DNA of 64,000 nucleotides from an uncultured Oscillospiraceae bacterium (GCA_910578575.1 CAJTQP010000002.1:11245-75244); one strand, 5' to 3'. Shown: positions 18,899 to 30,335, numbered from the stretch's first letter. The notes: a model not told the origin generated them from the sequence alone. Numbers and translations: made by a program.

Positions 18899-20722
18899 AT
18901 GACGAGCTTTGCGTCTCTAGGAATCCACGAGCCCATCCTCCGCGCCTTGGAGGACTATGGTTATCGGGAACCCACAACCATTCAGGAAAAAGCCATCCCG
19001 GCGGGCATCCAGGGCCGGGACGTGTTGGGCAGCGCCCAGACGGGGACAGGCAAGACCTGCGCCTTCGGCGTGCCCATTTTACAACAGCTCTCGGAGCGGA
19101 AAGGCCCCAAGGCCGTCCGGGCCCTGATCCTCACCCCCACCCGTGAGCTGGCCATCCAGATCGACGACAACCTCCACGCCTATGGCAAGAACCTCCCCCT
19201 CACCGAGGCGGTGATCTTCGGGGGCGTGGGCCAGGCCCCCCAGGTGGAGCGGCTAAAAAAGGGCGTGGACGTCCTCACCGCCACCCCCGGCCGCCTCCTG
19301 GACCTGTGCAACCAGAAGCTGCTGGACCTGTCCCAGGTGGAGATCTTCGTCCTGGACGAGGCGGACCGGATGCTGGACATGGGCTTCATCCACGACGTGC
19401 GGAAGGTGATCGCCCTGCTGCCCAAGCAGAAGCAGACCATGTTCTTCTCCGCCACCCTGCCCCCGGAGATCCTAGACCTGGTGGACAGCCTCCTCCACGA
19501 CCCGGTGAAGGTGGCCGCCGCCCCGGTGTCCTCTCCGGTGGAGGTGATCCGCCAGGAGGTCTGCCTGGTGGACCGGAACAACAAGACCTCTCTGCTGGTG
19601 CAGATCCTCCAGGAGGAGCAGGTGAAAAACGCTTTGGTGTTCACCCGCACCAAGCACGGGGCGGATAAGGTGGCCCGCGACCTCACCCGCCGGGGGGTCT
19701 CCGCCGCCGCCATCCACGGCAACAAGTCCCAGACCGCCCGGCAGGAGAGCCTGCGGCGCTTCAAGGCCGGAGAGCTGCAAGTGCTGGTGGCCACGGACAT
19801 CGCCGCCCGCGGACTGGACATCGAAGAGCTGTCCCACGTGTTCAACTACAACCTCTCCGAGGTGCCGGAGACCTATATCCACCGCATCGGCCGCACCGGC
19901 CGGGCCGGGCGGGGGGGCACCGCCATCTCCTTTTGCGACTATGGGGAGATGCCCCTGCTGCGGGACATCGAGCGCCTGTTGAAAAAGCCCGTCCCCCGGC
20001 GGCAGCACGACTTCCCCATGGAGGTCTTTGAGGCCCCCAAGAAGGACGCCAAGGGCCGGGTCATCAACGCCGACGACGATGAGGCACGGCAGGCCGCCCG
20101 GCAGCGCAACGCCCAGCGCAAGGCGGAGAAGAAGGCCAAGGAGGCCAAAGAGCCCGCTGTGAAGCTGACGGCCCCCCCGGCCAAATCCCCCAAAGCGCCC
20201 CCGGCGGCCCCACCCGCCCCCAAGGCCAAGCCCACCCGGCGGCCCATGCCCCACGGCAAGCAGGACCTGCGGAACTTGCAGGCATTTTTAGACGCCCAGC
20301 CGGACCCCGACGAGACCCCTGTCTCCCCCATCCACCGGGACCCCCTGGATGGGGAGGTCATCATGGACGCCACCGCCCGGCTCCTCTCCGCCAAGCCGGT
20401 GTACCACTACTACGACCCCGCCAAGGCCCAGGAAGGCCGTCGCCAGGAGGGGAAGCGAAAGGGCCGGGGCAAGGCCAGGGACAAGGGCCCCAAGGAGGCC
20501 GCCCCCGCCAAGGCCACCGTCCTGCCCCCGGAGAAGAAGCCTGCCCGCCGCCGGGAGCCCCCCAAAAAGGGCGCGCCGACCCCGGTGCAGCGGACCTCCC
20601 AGCGGCTCACCCGCGGGGGGAAGGGGCGCATCCCCCCCAAGCCCAGTCTGCCGCAAAGCCGCCAGAAGGACTCCACCGAGCAGAAAAGCCTCATGAAGCC
20701 CTTCTATATCGACCATGATTAA
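18899..20722 (+). CDS. DEAD-box RNA helicase with long basic C-terminal tail
   Basis: AQTGTGKT, PTRELA, LDEAD, SAT, HRIGRTGR; start may be TTG 18890. Confidence 0.95.
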   Translation: MTSFASLGIHEPILRALEDYGYREPTTIQEKAIPAGIQGRDVLGSAQTGTGKTCAFGVPILQQLSERKGPKAVRALILTPTRELAIQIDDNLHAYGKNLPLTEAVIFGGVGQAPQVERLKKGVDVLTATPGRLLDLCNQKLLDLSQVEIFVLDEADRMLDMGFIHDVRKVIALLPKQKQTMFFSATLPPEILDLVDSLLHDPVKVAAAPVSSPVEVIRQEVCLVDRNNKTSLLVQILQEEQVKNALVFTRTKHGADKVARDLTRRGVSAAAIHGNKSQTARQESLRRFKAGELQVLVATDIAARGLDIEELSHVFNYNLSEVPETYIHRIGRTGRAGRGGTAISFCDYGEMPLLRDIERLLKKPVPRRQHDFPMEVFEAPKKDAKGRVINADDDEARQAARQRNAQRKAEKKAKEAKEPAVKLTAPPAKSPKAPPAAPPAPKAKPTRRPMPHGKQDLRNLQAFLDAQPDPDETPVSPIHRDPLDGEVIMDATARLLSAKPVYHYYDPAKAQEGRRQEGKRKGRGKARDKGPKEAAPAKATVLPPEKKPARRREPPKKGAPTPVQRTSQRLTRGGKGRIPPKPSLPQSRQKDSTEQKSLMKPFYIDHD

Positions 20723-21623
20723 GGACGAGACCTGGCAGGCGCGGGAGCGTCCCCCCGCCCCCAGGGGCCCACGGCGGGCCAGGGGACGGCGGCGGCGCCC
20801 CTTCCGCCGCTTCCTGTGTTGGGTGGTGGCGGTGGCCGCCCTGGCGGGGTGGCTGTGGTGGCAGCAGAACGGGCTGTCCACCGAGACCCTCACCGTCACC
20901 GGGGCCCCGGAGGGCTTTGCCGGCTACCGCATCGCCGTCCTCACCGACATCCACGGCAAGGAGTTCGGCCCCGGCAACCAGCGGCTATTCCAATTCCTCC
21001 AGGGGCTAGAGCCGGACATGATCGCCCTGGTGGGGGACCTGGTCCACAAGCAGGAGCAGCTATCCATGGTGCCCCCTCTGGCCCAGGGCCTGGCCCAGAT
21101 CGCCCCCACCTACTACGTCACCGGCAACCATGAGTGGGCCGCCAAGGTGGTCCGGGAGCTGGAGCCCATGCTGGAGGAAAACGGCGTCACCGTCCTGTCC
21201 AACCGCTATGTGATGCTGGAGCGGGAGGGCAGCCGCCTGGCCCTTTTGGGGGCTGAGGACCCCAACGGCTACGCCGACCAAAAGACCATCGTGCAGTTGG
21301 CCAATGAGGTCCGGGCGGAGCAGGGGGCCCACTGCTATCAGCTCTTACTGAGCCACCGCAACAACCTTTATGAAAAATACGCCCTGTCCGGGGTGGACCT
21401 GACCCTGGCGGGCCACGCCCACGGGGGCTTCATCCGCCTGCCGGGCACCGACGGCCTGTTGGGCCACAGCCCGGAGGGCTTGAAATTCCTGCCCAGCTAC
21501 ACGGCGGGGCTCTACCCGTTAGACCACGGCACCCTGGCGGTGTCGCGGGGCCTAGGGAACCAGCCCCCCACTTTCCGCCTGTTCAACCGGCCGGATGTGC
21601 CCCTGGTGGTGCTCCAGCCGTGA
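20715..21623 (+). CDS. Membrane-anchored metallophosphoesterase (YkuE-like)
   Basis: DIH, GD, GNHE, SH, GHAHGG motifs. Confidence 0.9.
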   Translation: MIKDETWQARERPPAPRGPRRARGRRRRPFRRFLCWVVAVAALAGWLWWQQNGLSTETLTVTGAPEGFAGYRIAVLTDIHGKEFGPGNQRLFQFLQGLEPDMIALVGDLVHKQEQLSMVPPLAQGLAQIAPTYYVTGNHEWAAKVVRELEPMLEENGVTVLSNRYVMLEREGSRLALLGAEDPNGYADQKTIVQLANEVRAEQGAHCYQLLLSHRNNLYEKYALSGVDLTLAGHAHGGFIRLPGTDGLLGHSPEGLKFLPSYTAGLYPLDHGTLAVSRGLGNQPPTFRLFNRPDVPLVVLQP

Positions 21624-21658
21624 CCATCCCAGCAAACAAGAAGGAGATACCACCTGTT

Positions 21659-23563
21659 ATGGAATGCCAACGCGCCAGCCGGACCTATGAGGCCGGTAGC
21701 TATGAGATCGCCGTGGTGGGGGCGGGCCACGCGGGCATCGAGGCCGCCCTGGCCGCCGCCCGCCTGGGGCTGCGCACCCTCTGCTTCACCATCAACCTGG
21801 ACGCCGTGGGGAATATGCCCTGCAACCCCGCCATCGGCGGCACCGGCAAGGGCCACCTGGTCCGGGAGCTGGACGCCCTGGGGGGGGAGATGGCCAAAGC
21901 CGCGGACCTGGCCTGCATCCAATACCGCATCCTGAACCGGGGGAAGGGACCAGCGGTCCACTCCCTCCGGGCCCAGGCAGACCGGCGGCTCTACCAGTCC
22001 ATTATGAAGCATACCTTAGAGCGCCAGGAAAACCTATGGGTGAAGCAGGCAGAGGTCACGGACTTGCTGGTGGAGGACGGGGCCGTCTGTGGGGTGGTCA
22101 CCGCCACCGGGGCGGTCTACCGGGTAAAGGCCGCCGTGCTGTGCTCCGGGACCTACCTGGGGGGCAAGACCATCGTGGGAGAGGTGGAGCGCTGGAGCGG
22201 TCCCGACGGGATGTTCGGCGCCAACGCCCTGACGGAGAGCCTCCGGGCGGCGGGGCTGCGCCTGCGGCGCTTCAAAACCGGCACGCCCCCCAGGGTGAAC
22301 GCCCGCTCCATCGACTTCTCCCAGCTGGAAAAGCAGGAGGGGGACGGCGACGCCATCCCCTTCTCCTTCACCAATGACCAGCCCGCCCCCAACCGGGTGT
22401 GCTGCTACATCACTTACACCAACGAGAAAACCCACGCCATCATCCGGGACAGCCTGGACCGCTCCCCCCTGTTCTCCGGGGCCATCGAGGGGGTGGGGCC
22501 ACGGTACTGCCCCTCCATCGAGGACAAGATCGTCCGCTTCCCGGACAAGCCCCGGCACCAGCTTTTTCTGGAGCCTATGGGCCTGGACACGGAGGAGATT
22601 TACATCCAGGGCTTCTCCTCCTCCCTGCCGGAGGAGGTGCAGCTGGCCATGCTGCGCACCCTGCCGGGGCTGGAGCAGGCGGAGATGACCCGCCCGGCCT
22701 ACGCCATCGAATACGACTGCGTGGACCCCACCCAGCTCCACCCCACCCTGGAGCACAAACTGGTCTCCGGCCTCTACGGGGCGGGGCAGTTCAACGGCTC
22801 CTCCGGCTATGAGGAGGCCGCCGCCCAGGGCTTTGTGGCGGGGGTGAACGCCGCCTTAAAACTCCTGGGCCGGGAGCCCCTGATCTTGGACCGGAGCCAG
22901 GGGTATATTGGGGTGCTTATCGACGACCTGGTGACCAAGGGCACCAACGAACCCTATCGGATGATGACCTCCCGGACGGAATACCGCCTGCTCCACCGCC
23001 AGGACAACGCCGACCAGCGGCTGTGCCCCGTGGGCTACCGTCTGGGGCTGGTGAGCCGGGAGCGGTACCAAGCGGTTTTGGAAAAGTACCAGGCGGTGGA
23101 ACGGGAGCAGCAGCGCTTGGACCACTGCGGCGTGGCCCCCAGCGACGCCCTGAACGCCCTGTTGGAAGAGAAGGGAGAGCCGCCGGTGAAGAACAGCCAG
23201 CGCCTCTCCGATCTCCTGCGCCGCCCCAAGTTGTGCTACGACGACCTGGCCCCCTTGGACCCGGAACGTCCCCCCCTGCCTAAGGCCGTCACGGAACAGG
23301 TGGAGATTTCCGTGAAATACGCCGGGTACATCGCCCGGCAGCAGCGGCAGGTGGAGGAGATGCGCCGCATGGAGCGCAAGGCTCTCCCCCCGGATCTGGA
23401 CTACAACGCCCTCACCGGCCTGCGCCTGGAGGCCCGGCAGAAGTTGCACGACATCCGCCCCCAGAATTTGGGCCAGGCGGGGCGCATCTCCGGGGTGTCC
23501 CCGGCGGATATCGCGGCGCTGATGATCCACCTAGAACGCTTGGAGCGGGAGAGCCGCCCCTAG
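21659..23563 (+). CDS. mnmG: tRNA uridine-5-carboxymethylaminomethyl(34) synthesis enzyme
   Basis: [33 protein letters not shown]. Confidence 0.97.
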   Translation: MECQRASRTYEAGSYEIAVVGAGHAGIEAALAAARLGLRTLCFTINLDAVGNMPCNPAIGGTGKGHLVRELDALGGEMAKAADLACIQYRILNRGKGPAVHSLRAQADRRLYQSIMKHTLERQENLWVKQAEVTDLLVEDGAVCGVVTATGAVYRVKAAVLCSGTYLGGKTIVGEVERWSGPDGMFGANALTESLRAAGLRLRRFKTGTPPRVNARSIDFSQLEKQEGDGDAIPFSFTNDQPAPNRVCCYITYTNEKTHAIIRDSLDRSPLFSGAIEGVGPRYCPSIEDKIVRFPDKPRHQLFLEPMGLDTEEIYIQGFSSSLPEEVQLAMLRTLPGLEQAEMTRPAYAIEYDCVDPTQLHPTLEHKLVSGLYGAGQFNGSSGYEEAAAQGFVAGVNAALKLLGREPLILDRSQGYIGVLIDDLVTKGTNEPYRMMTSRTEYRLLHRQDNADQRLCPVGYRLGLVSRERYQAVLEKYQAVEREQQRLDHCGVAPSDALNALLEEKGEPPVKNSQRLSDLLRRPKLCYDDLAPLDPERPPLPKAVTEQVEISVKYAGYIARQQRQVEEMRRMERKALPPDLDYNALTGLRLEARQKLHDIRPQNLGQAGRISGVSPADIAALMIHLERLERESRP

Positions 23564-23580
23564 AGAAAGGAACCCCCACC

Positions 23581-24495
23581 ATGGACTTGATCCACGTAAA
23601 AGGCAACACATACTACCTGGACGGCCCCCAGCTGATCGGGCTGTACAAGTTGGACGATACCCGCTGCCTCCTCTTCGACCCCGGCAGCGGCAAGCTCAGG
23701 GCCCCCCTGGAGGAGGCCCTGAACCGGCACGGCCTCACCCCTGTGGGGGTGGCCTGCACCCACATGCACTACGACCACCATGAGAACACCCGGTACTTCC
23801 GGGAAACCTACGGCGCGGAAACCTGCCTGCCCCAGTTGGAGGCGGATATCGTGCGCTGCGAGCAGAGCTTGAAAAACCACCTGTTCAACTTCTCCATGGG
23901 CCGCATCCGCACCACCCCCCGGCTCCAGGCCCTGGTGTGCCCGGTGGACCATGTGGTGGGGCTGGAGGAGACCCAGGTGGTGCTGGCAGGGGTGCCTCTG
24001 GCGGTGGTGCGCACCCCCGGCCACGCCCCGGACCACTGCTGCTTCATCACCCCGGACAACGTGTGCTACCTGGGGGACGTGCTGATGACCCAGGACATTT
24101 TGCGGGACTCCATGGTCCCCTTCGTCTTTGACATGACCGACGACCTGGCCAGCAAGGAGAAGGTGAAGGGGCTGACCTGCGACGCCTACATCCTCTCCCA
24201 CAAGGGGGTCATTTGGGGCAGCATCGCGGACCTGGCCCAGGAGAACATCCAGCGGGTGCTGGGGCAGTTGGACGCCTGCGCCGCCCTGGTCACAGGGCCC
24301 ATGACCTATAGCGCATTCTACGCCGCCGTGGTCCAGGCCATGGAGCTGCCGGTGGGCCATTCGGCCCGTGCCCAACACTTGGAGCGCTACATCCGCCCCT
24401 ATCTGGAATACCTCACCGACCGGGGGGATCTGACCCTCATCGACATCGACGGTGCCCCCGCCGTGGCCCCTGGGGAGGCCCACCATGGACGATAA
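23581..24495 (+). CDS. MBL-fold metallo-hydrolase (paralogue 1)
   Basis: THMHYDHH, TPGH, YLGD, SH. Confidence 0.88.
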   Translation: MDLIHVKGNTYYLDGPQLIGLYKLDDTRCLLFDPGSGKLRAPLEEALNRHGLTPVGVACTHMHYDHHENTRYFRETYGAETCLPQLEADIVRCEQSLKNHLFNFSMGRIRTTPRLQALVCPVDHVVGLEETQVVLAGVPLAVVRTPGHAPDHCCFITPDNVCYLGDVLMTQDILRDSMVPFVFDMTDDLASKEKVKGLTCDAYILSHKGVIWGSIADLAQENIQRVLGQLDACAALVTGPMTYSAFYAAVVQAMELPVGHSARAQHLERYIRPYLEYLTDRGDLTLIDIDGAPAVAPGEAHHGR

Positions 24496-25528
24496 GGCCG
24501 TGGTGCTGGGCCTCTCCGGCGGGGTGGACTCCGCCGTGGCGGCCTGCCTGCTGCAAGAGCAGGGGTTCCAGGTCTACGGCCACTGGTTGGATATCGGCCT
24601 GGGGGGCCGGGAGGACGCGGCGGCGGTGGCGGCCCACTTGGGCATCCCTTTCTCCACCGGGGACATCCGGCGGGCGCTGGAGGAACAGGTGATGGAGCCC
24701 TTCCGCCAGGACTACCTGGCGGGGCGTACCCCCCTCCCCTGCGCCCGCTGCAACCCTACGGTGAAATTCCCCGCCCTCTTTCAGAGGGCCCAGGAAGTTG
24801 GGGCGCGGTACGTGGCCACAGGCCACTATGCCCGTGTCCTGGCCGATGAAGGGGGGACGTTGGGCCTCTACCGGGGCCGGGCGGAAAATGACCAGGCGTA
24901 TATGCTGGCCCGCCTGCCCATGGACTGGCTCCCCCGGCTGTTGTTCCCCTTGGGGAAGTTCCGGAAAAGCGGGGTCCGGGCCCTGGCCCGGCAGTTTGGC
25001 CTACCGGTGGCGGAGAAGCCCGACAGCATGGAAATCTGTTTTATCCCGGACGGGGATTACGCCACTTGGTTGGAACAGCGGGGGGCGGTCCCGCCAACCG
25101 GGGACTTTGTGGACCGGGAGGGAAACGTCCTGGGCCAACACAAGGGCATCCACCACTACACCATCGGCCAGCGGCGGGGGCTGAACCTCCCGGCAGCCCA
25201 CCGGCTATTCGTGTCGGAGATTCGTCCGGCGGACAACCGCGTGGTGCTTTCCGATGGCAGTGATTTGATGGCAGACGCCGTATGGGGGACGGATTGGAAT
25301 CCCCTGGCCCCGGTGGAGCCGGGGCAGGCGGTGACGGTGCGTCTGCGCCACTCCAAAACGGAGACCCCGGCCCGCTTCTGTCCCCAGGAGGCGGGCGTCC
25401 GCTTGGCCCTGGAAACCCCCGCCCGTGCCCCCACGCCGGGGCAGCTGGCGGTGTGCTATGACGGGGACCGGGTGCTGGGGAGCGTTTGGATCACCGGCGC
25501 CCAGCGCCTGCCCGCCCCGGAGGCGTAA
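24485..25528 (+). CDS. mnmA: tRNA-specific 2-thiouridylase
   Basis: SGGVDS, PCARCN, ATGHYA, SMEICF, YTIGQRRGL, TPGQ. Confidence 0.93.
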   Translation: MDDKAVVLGLSGGVDSAVAACLLQEQGFQVYGHWLDIGLGGREDAAAVAAHLGIPFSTGDIRRALEEQVMEPFRQDYLAGRTPLPCARCNPTVKFPALFQRAQEVGARYVATGHYARVLADEGGTLGLYRGRAENDQAYMLARLPMDWLPRLLFPLGKFRKSGVRALARQFGLPVAEKPDSMEICFIPDGDYATWLEQRGAVPPTGDFVDREGNVLGQHKGIHHYTIGQRRGLNLPAAHRLFVSEIRPADNRVVLSDGSDLMADAVWGTDWNPLAPVEPGQAVTVRLRHSKTETPARFCPQEAGVRLALETPARAPTPGQLAVCYDGDRVLGSVWITGAQRLPAPEA

Positions 25529-25555
25529 ACACAGAGAAATTGGAGGAGAGAGACC

Positions 25556-26506
25556 ATGGAACTGGAACAGGTCAAAGGCAACACTTGGGTCCTGAAAAGC
25601 TGGGAACTGATCCCCCTATACAAGGTGGACGACAGCCACTGCGTGCTGTTGGACACCGGGACCTATGACCAGCGGGACGAGCTGGAGGAGGCGTTGAAGG
25701 CCGCGGGCCTCACCCCTGTGGGCATCCTGGGCAGCCATGCCCACATCGACCACATGGGCTCCTATGGGTATCTGCAAAAGGAATACGGCGCCCAGCTGGC
25801 CCTCTCCCTGGGGGAGGCGGGGCAGCTCTTCTCTCCCCTGGCTCTGCACCTGGAGTATTACAACCTGCCGGTGGAGTCTTTCCCGGAGTACCCGGAGCTC
25901 CACGGGGTCACCTGTCTGGCAGACCGGATCATCCTGCCCCAGGAGGATCACATCGAATTTTGCGGGGCGGAGTTTGACATCATCCACACCCCAGGGCACA
26001 CGGTGGACCACATCTGCGTGCGCACGCCGGACAATGTATTGTATTTGGGGGATGCGGTGATGACCGGCCGGACCCTGCACCAGTCTAAGTTTCCCTATAC
26101 CTACGACATGAAGGAGTATCTGCACTCCCTGGGGGCCCTGCGGCTGGAGCAGGCGGACCACTACATTGTGGCCCATCAGGGGGTGTATCAGGAGCTGCTG
26201 CCTCTCATCGACCTGGAGTTGCGCTTTCTCACGGAGCGGATGCGGGAGCTTTTGGAGCTGGTGGATGGCTCCACCACCCCCAAGGAGATGACCGCCAGCA
26301 TTTGTCAAAACTACCACATCCTCCCCCGCGGCCTGCGGGATCTGGCATATTATGAGTTGGCCAGTCAGACGTACATCCACTACCTATGTGGGTTGGGGAT
26401 GTTGGAGCCGTATATTGCCGGGGTGCAGATTCGGTACCGGAGGACGCAGGCGTCCTTTCATAAGAAGGGGAAGGCGAAGTTGCCTAGGACGGGGTTGTTT
26501 CGCTGA
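25556..26506 (+). CDS. MBL-fold metallo-hydrolase (paralogue 2)
   Basis: SHAHIDH, TPGH, YLGD, AH; similar to 23581-24495. Confidence 0.88.
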   Translation: MELEQVKGNTWVLKSWELIPLYKVDDSHCVLLDTGTYDQRDELEEALKAAGLTPVGILGSHAHIDHMGSYGYLQKEYGAQLALSLGEAGQLFSPLALHLEYYNLPVESFPEYPELHGVTCLADRIILPQEDHIEFCGAEFDIIHTPGHTVDHICVRTPDNVLYLGDAVMTGRTLHQSKFPYTYDMKEYLHSLGALRLEQADHYIVAHQGVYQELLPLIDLELRFLTERMRELLELVDGSTTPKEMTASICQNYHILPRGLRDLAYYELASQTYIHYLCGLGMLEPYIAGVQIRYRRTQASFHKKGKAKLPRTGLFR

Positions 26507-26518
26507 CGAAGATATGAG

Positions 26519-26555
26519 AAGCCCCCGTGGTCAGGTTGTGACCACGGGGGCTTTT
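26519..26555 (+). terminator. Intrinsic terminator
   Basis: aagcccccgtggtca...tgaccacgggggctttt. Confidence 0.85.
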
Positions 26556-26575
26556 AGAATATGGTATCTTTGATT

Positions 26576-26794
26576 GGGCTTCGCCCAAACCCACCAGAGG
26601 CTCTGCCTCTGGACTCCGCCACCTTGGTGGTGTCACGCTGCGCCGGTTCGCGACGCGGTTCTAAGCCCCTCCGACTCCGGCGAACCCATCCGGGGCCTTA
26701 CGGCCCCCTCCTTGGGCTTCGCCTGCGCTCCGGGGCTTAGCCCGCTGCTCACGACGGCTCCGCGCTTCGACGGAAAAAGGTGGACGAAAACTTT
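26576..26794. repeat. Long nested imperfect palindromic intergenic element (REP/MITE-like)
   Basis: Nested arms ccacctt/aaggtgg, ctaagcccc/ggggcttag, ggcgaaccca/tgggcttcgcc, ggggcc/ggcccc. Confidence 0.55.
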
Positions 26795-26811
26795 ATTCTC
26801 TTGTGCGGTCC

Positions 26812-27651
26812 TTAACGCCCCAGGCTATGCACCAACATCGGAATTGCGGCCTCAAAGCTCACGCCATACCACCGGGCGTCCGGGTCCTTCTGGGTCTCGC
26901 GGATACACTCCAAGGTATAGTCCACAGCCACCTTCAAAGCCCCTTCCAAATCCTTCCCATTCATCAGGGCCCCCACGCAGGCGGAGGCAAACACGTCGCC
27001 GGTGCCGTGGAACTGGACGGGGAGTTTTTCGTTAAAATAGCTGGCATAAGTATCCGTCTTGGAATCGTAGGCCATGGCCCCGATCTTCCCCGGCTCAAAG
27101 CTCATACCGGTGAGGACAGCGGTGGGGCAGCCCAGACCGGTCAAATCCTTGAGCATTTTCTTGATGTAGGCCTCGTCGTAGTTGTCCCCCACGTAGGGCA
27201 CCCCCAGCATGAAGGAGGCCTCGGTGAGGTTGGGGACGATCACGTCCGCCTTGCCGCACAGCTTGCCCATCTCCAGGGCAAATTCCGGGGTGAAGCCGGT
27301 GTAGAGCACGCCGTTGTCCGCCATGGCCGGGTCCGCGTAGACCAGGGTGCCCTCCCCGCCGAAGCGGTCGAAGAACTTGCCCACCAGCTCGATCTGCTCA
27401 AAGGAGCCCAGGTAGCCGGTGTAGATGGCGTCGAAGTGGATGCCCTCCTTCTGCCAGTGGTCGGAGATGGGGGTGATCTCCTGGGTGAGGTCGTGGAAGG
27501 TGAAGTCCTTGAACCCACCGGTGTGGGTGGACAGCACCGCCGTGGGGACCACGCAGGTCTCCACACCCATGGCAGAGATGATGGGCAGGGCTACCGTCAG
27601 GGAACACTTCCCCAGGCAGGAAATATCCTGGATGGAAACAACGCGCTTCAT
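26812..27651 (-). CDS. pdxK: Pyridoxal/pyridoxamine kinase
   Basis: QDISCLGKCS, LSTHTGG, YTGYLGS, DPAMADNG, GTGD. Confidence 0.9.
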   Translation of the reverse strand: MKRVVSIQDISCLGKCSLTVALPIISAMGVETCVVPTAVLSTHTGGFKDFTFHDLTQEITPISDHWQKEGIHFDAIYTGYLGSFEQIELVGKFFDRFGGEGTLVYADPAMADNGVLYTGFTPEFALEMGKLCGKADVIVPNLTEASFMLGVPYVGDNYDEAYIKKMLKDLTGLGCPTAVLTGMSFEPGKIGAMAYDSKTDTYASYFNEKLPVQFHGTGDVFASACVGALMNGKDLEGALKVAVDYTLECIRETQKDPDARWYGVSFEAAIPMLVHSLGR

Positions 27652-27773
27652 AGTTTTATCCTCCTGTTATGTATGCCGGATGGCAGGGTCGCTCTGTGAA
27701 AGTACCCTTAGGGTACCACAGCTCTGGCCATGATTCCAGGTCCAATCCCGTTTTATTTGCCATGGTCAGATGT

Positions 27774-28745
27774 TCAGAACAGGCCGGGAAGCCATTGGGC
27801 CAGACGCAGGCCCAGGAAGCAGGAGAGGCCATTGGCCACGATGGCGTAAAACACCGCCTTGGCCCGGCTCTGGGGGTTTTCGCTGAAGCGGGGGAGAAGC
27901 TTGCCGTACAACACCGCCTCCACCACCAGCACCGCCAGCTCCAGGGCATAGAAGCTAAAGATATGGAAGCCGCCTGGGGCGATGCCTATGGTGTAGTCCA
28001 TTGCGTTGAGGGCCACATTGAGGCCCACCTGGGTGATGCCGTTCACCAGGGCGATGAAGCCCAGCAGCCGCTTTTCCCGATAGCCGAACAGCAAAGCCAG
28101 ACCCATCTCCACCACCAGGGTGAGCACGATGCGCACCACCAGATTGGCCAGCTCATCGCCGTAGGGGTAGTCCCGCTCCAGGGTGACGGTGCCGCCGTCA
28201 TACCTGGCTAAGTTGGCGGTGTAGTAGCTGTCATAAGCGTAGTGCTCATAGGCGGGGCTGACGCAGAAGATGTCCTCTTTTGGGAAATACAACAGGAGCT
28301 TGTAGGTCTCCGGGGGCCAGTAGTCCCAAAGCAGTTCATCCGTCTCGGTGCAGTCACAGCACCAATTCAGGAGTTGAAAGCCGTCTGGGTCCTGGTAGGA
28401 CAGAAACGCCTGCGTGACCTCCTGGGGGATTTCCTGATTCATTTCCTCCTGGCTCTCATAGCCCCACCACATCCAGGGCTCCTCCGTCTCCTGGGTCTCC
28501 TCCCAGGTACGGTAGGGGCCCCTGCTCTGCTCGTCCTTGCTCAGGAGGGTGCCGTAGTACCTAGTTCCCTCTGGGCCCAGGTACCCGACGTGGGTAAAGC
28601 TGATTTGTACCGATGGCTTTGGCCCGATGTCTGCGCGGGCCCCCACGGGCAGGAAGGGCAGTAGCAGGGCCAACAGGACAAGGGCACCATAAAGCCAGCG
28701 CTGCCTCTCGTGCCGGAGAGGGCGCATGTTGTGCCTGGTTTTCAT
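27774..28745 (-). CDS. Hypothetical membrane protein (signal peptide, extracellular domain, about 4 C-terminal TM helices)
   Basis: Hydrophobic N-terminus ending GARA; hydrophobic C-terminal third; AAGGAG RBS. Confidence 0.75.
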   Translation of the reverse strand: MKTRHNMRPLRHERQRWLYGALVLLALLLPFLPVGARADIGPKPSVQISFTHVGYLGPEGTRYYGTLLSKDEQSRGPYRTWEETQETEEPWMWWGYESQEEMNQEIPQEVTQAFLSYQDPDGFQLLNWCCDCTETDELLWDYWPPETYKLLLYFPKEDIFCVSPAYEHYAYDSYYTANLARYDGGTVTLERDYPYGDELANLVVRIVLTLVVEMGLALLFGYREKRLLGFIALVNGITQVGLNVALNAMDYTIGIAPGGFHIFSFYALELAVLVVEAVLYGKLLPRFSENPQSRAKAVFYAIVANGLSCFLGLRLAQWLPGLF

Positions 28746-28906
28746 GGGTTTGATCTCCTTTCTTTTTATTTTTAACCTCGCACTTTAGTATAGCAGAGTA
28801 CCTATCGTTTTGCAAGGATTTCCCTACCGCCAGGGAGAGCGCTACAGACAGAAAAACCCCCTCCGACACCTCGGAGGGGGCTGCGTTTGTATGCAGTTAG
28901 GTTTGT

Positions 28907-29629
28907 TCAAAGCACTTTGGCCAAGAAGCTGCGGGTGCGCTCCTCCTGGGGGTTGCCAAAGAGGGCTTCGGGGGTGTTCTGCTCCACGATGTGGCCGTCG
29001 GCCATGAACAGCACCCGGTCCCCCACCTCGCGGGCAAAGCCCATCTCGTGGGTGACCACCACCATGGTCATGCCCTCCTGGGCCAGCTGCTTCATCACGT
29101 CCAGGACCTCCCCCACCATCTCCGGGTCCAGGGCGGAGGTAGGCTCGTCGAAGAGCATCAGCTTGGGCTTCATGGCCAGGGCCCGGACGATGGCGATGCG
29201 CTGCTTCTGTCCGCCGGAGAGCTGGCTGGGGTAGGCCTGGGCCTTGTCCGCCAAGCCCACCCGGTCCAGGAGCTCCTTGGCAGTCTGCTCCGCCTCCTCC
29301 TGCTTCATCAGCCCCGTGCGCACCGGGGCCAGGGTGATGTTCTTCTGAATGGTCATGTTGGGGAAGAGGTTGAAGTGCTGGAACACCATGCCCATCTGGC
29401 GGCGGACCTGGTCGATGTCCGCCTTGGGGCTGGTGATCTCCTGGTCCTGGAAGGTGATGGTGCCTTTCGTGGGCTCCTCCAACAGGTTCAGGCAGCGCAG
29501 GAAGGTGGATTTCCCCGACCCGGAGGGGCCGATGATGACCACTTTTTCGCCGGGGTGGATGTGTTCGTTCAAATCCGTCAGGACCTCGTGGTTGCCAAAG
29601 GATTTGTAGAGGTGTTTAACGTCGATCAC
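28907..29629 (-). CDS. Polar amino acid ABC transporter ATP-binding protein
   Basis: [30 protein letters not shown]. Confidence 0.95.
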   Translation of the reverse strand: MIDVKHLYKSFGNHEVLTDLNEHIHPGEKVVIIGPSGSGKSTFLRCLNLLEEPTKGTITFQDQEITSPKADIDQVRRQMGMVFQHFNLFPNMTIQKNITLAPVRTGLMKQEEAEQTAKELLDRVGLADKAQAYPSQLSGGQKQRIAIVRALAMKPKLMLFDEPTSALDPEMVGEVLDVMKQLAQEGMTMVVVTHEMGFAREVGDRVLFMADGHIVEQNTPEALFGNPQEERTRSFLAKVL

Positions 29630-30335
29630 TTTGCCGCAGCCTCCTTTCCAGCTTGCCCTGGAGCCAGGTGAAGATGATCACGATCACCAGGTACATCACG
29701 GCGATGCCCAGAAGGGGGGGCATGTAGTCAAAGGTCCGGCCGCCGATGCGGCTGGCGTAGTAGGTCAGCTCCGCCGCGCCGATGGCGCTCACCAGGGAGG
29801 TGTCCTTGAACAGGGTGATGAACTCGTTGCCCAGGGAGGGCAGGATGGTCTTGAAGGCCTGGGGAATGACGATGAAGCGCATGGTGTCGAAATAGTTCAG
29901 GCCCAGGGAGCGCCCCGCCTCAGACTGGCCGATATCCACGCTCATCAAGCCCCCCCGGATGATCTCCGCCACATAGGCCCCGGAGTTGATGCCCAGGCCG
30001 ATGATGCCCACCATGACCTTGTTGCGGCTGGTGGCGAAGATGACAAAGCTCCAGATCAGGAGCTGGACCATCATGGGCGTGCCGCGCACCACGGTGGTAT
30101 AGATGCTGCACAGGATGTTGATGAAACCCAGGAGCGGGTTGCGGCGGTTGGGCCGCTGCTGGGCGTGGGCGGTGCGGATCACCGCCACCACCAGACCCAG
30201 GCACACGCCCAGGATCAGGGCAATGACGGTCATTTTCAGGGTGGTGCCCAGGCCCTGGAGATAGAGCTGCCAGCGGTCCCCCTCAACGAACGCCGTCTGG
30301 AAGCGGGGGACCAGACTCTCAAACCACTGGAGCAT
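29616..30335 (-). CDS. Polar amino acid ABC transporter permease
   Basis: [27 protein letters not shown]. Confidence 0.95.
   Translation of the reverse strand: MLQWFESLVPRFQTAFVEGDRWQLYLQGLGTTLKMTVIALILGVCLGLVVAVIRTAHAQQRPNRRNPLLGFINILCSIYTTVVRGTPMMVQLLIWSFVIFATSRNKVMVGIIGLGINSGAYVAEIIRGGLMSVDIGQSEAGRSLGLNYFDTMRFIVIPQAFKTILPSLGNEFITLFKDTSLVSAIGAAELTYYASRIGGRTFDYMPPLLGIAVMYLVIVIIFTWLQGKLERRLRQSDRR

Noticed and set aside
20040..20722. Low-complexity K/P/A/R tail of the DEAD-box helicase as a separate element
   Set aside because: Basic disordered tails are ordinary for this family
27690..27775. Possible PdxR (MocR) sites upstream of pdxK (CTGACC, TGGACC, TGGCCA on the minus strand)
   Set aside because: Hexamers too short and degenerate to support without a PWM
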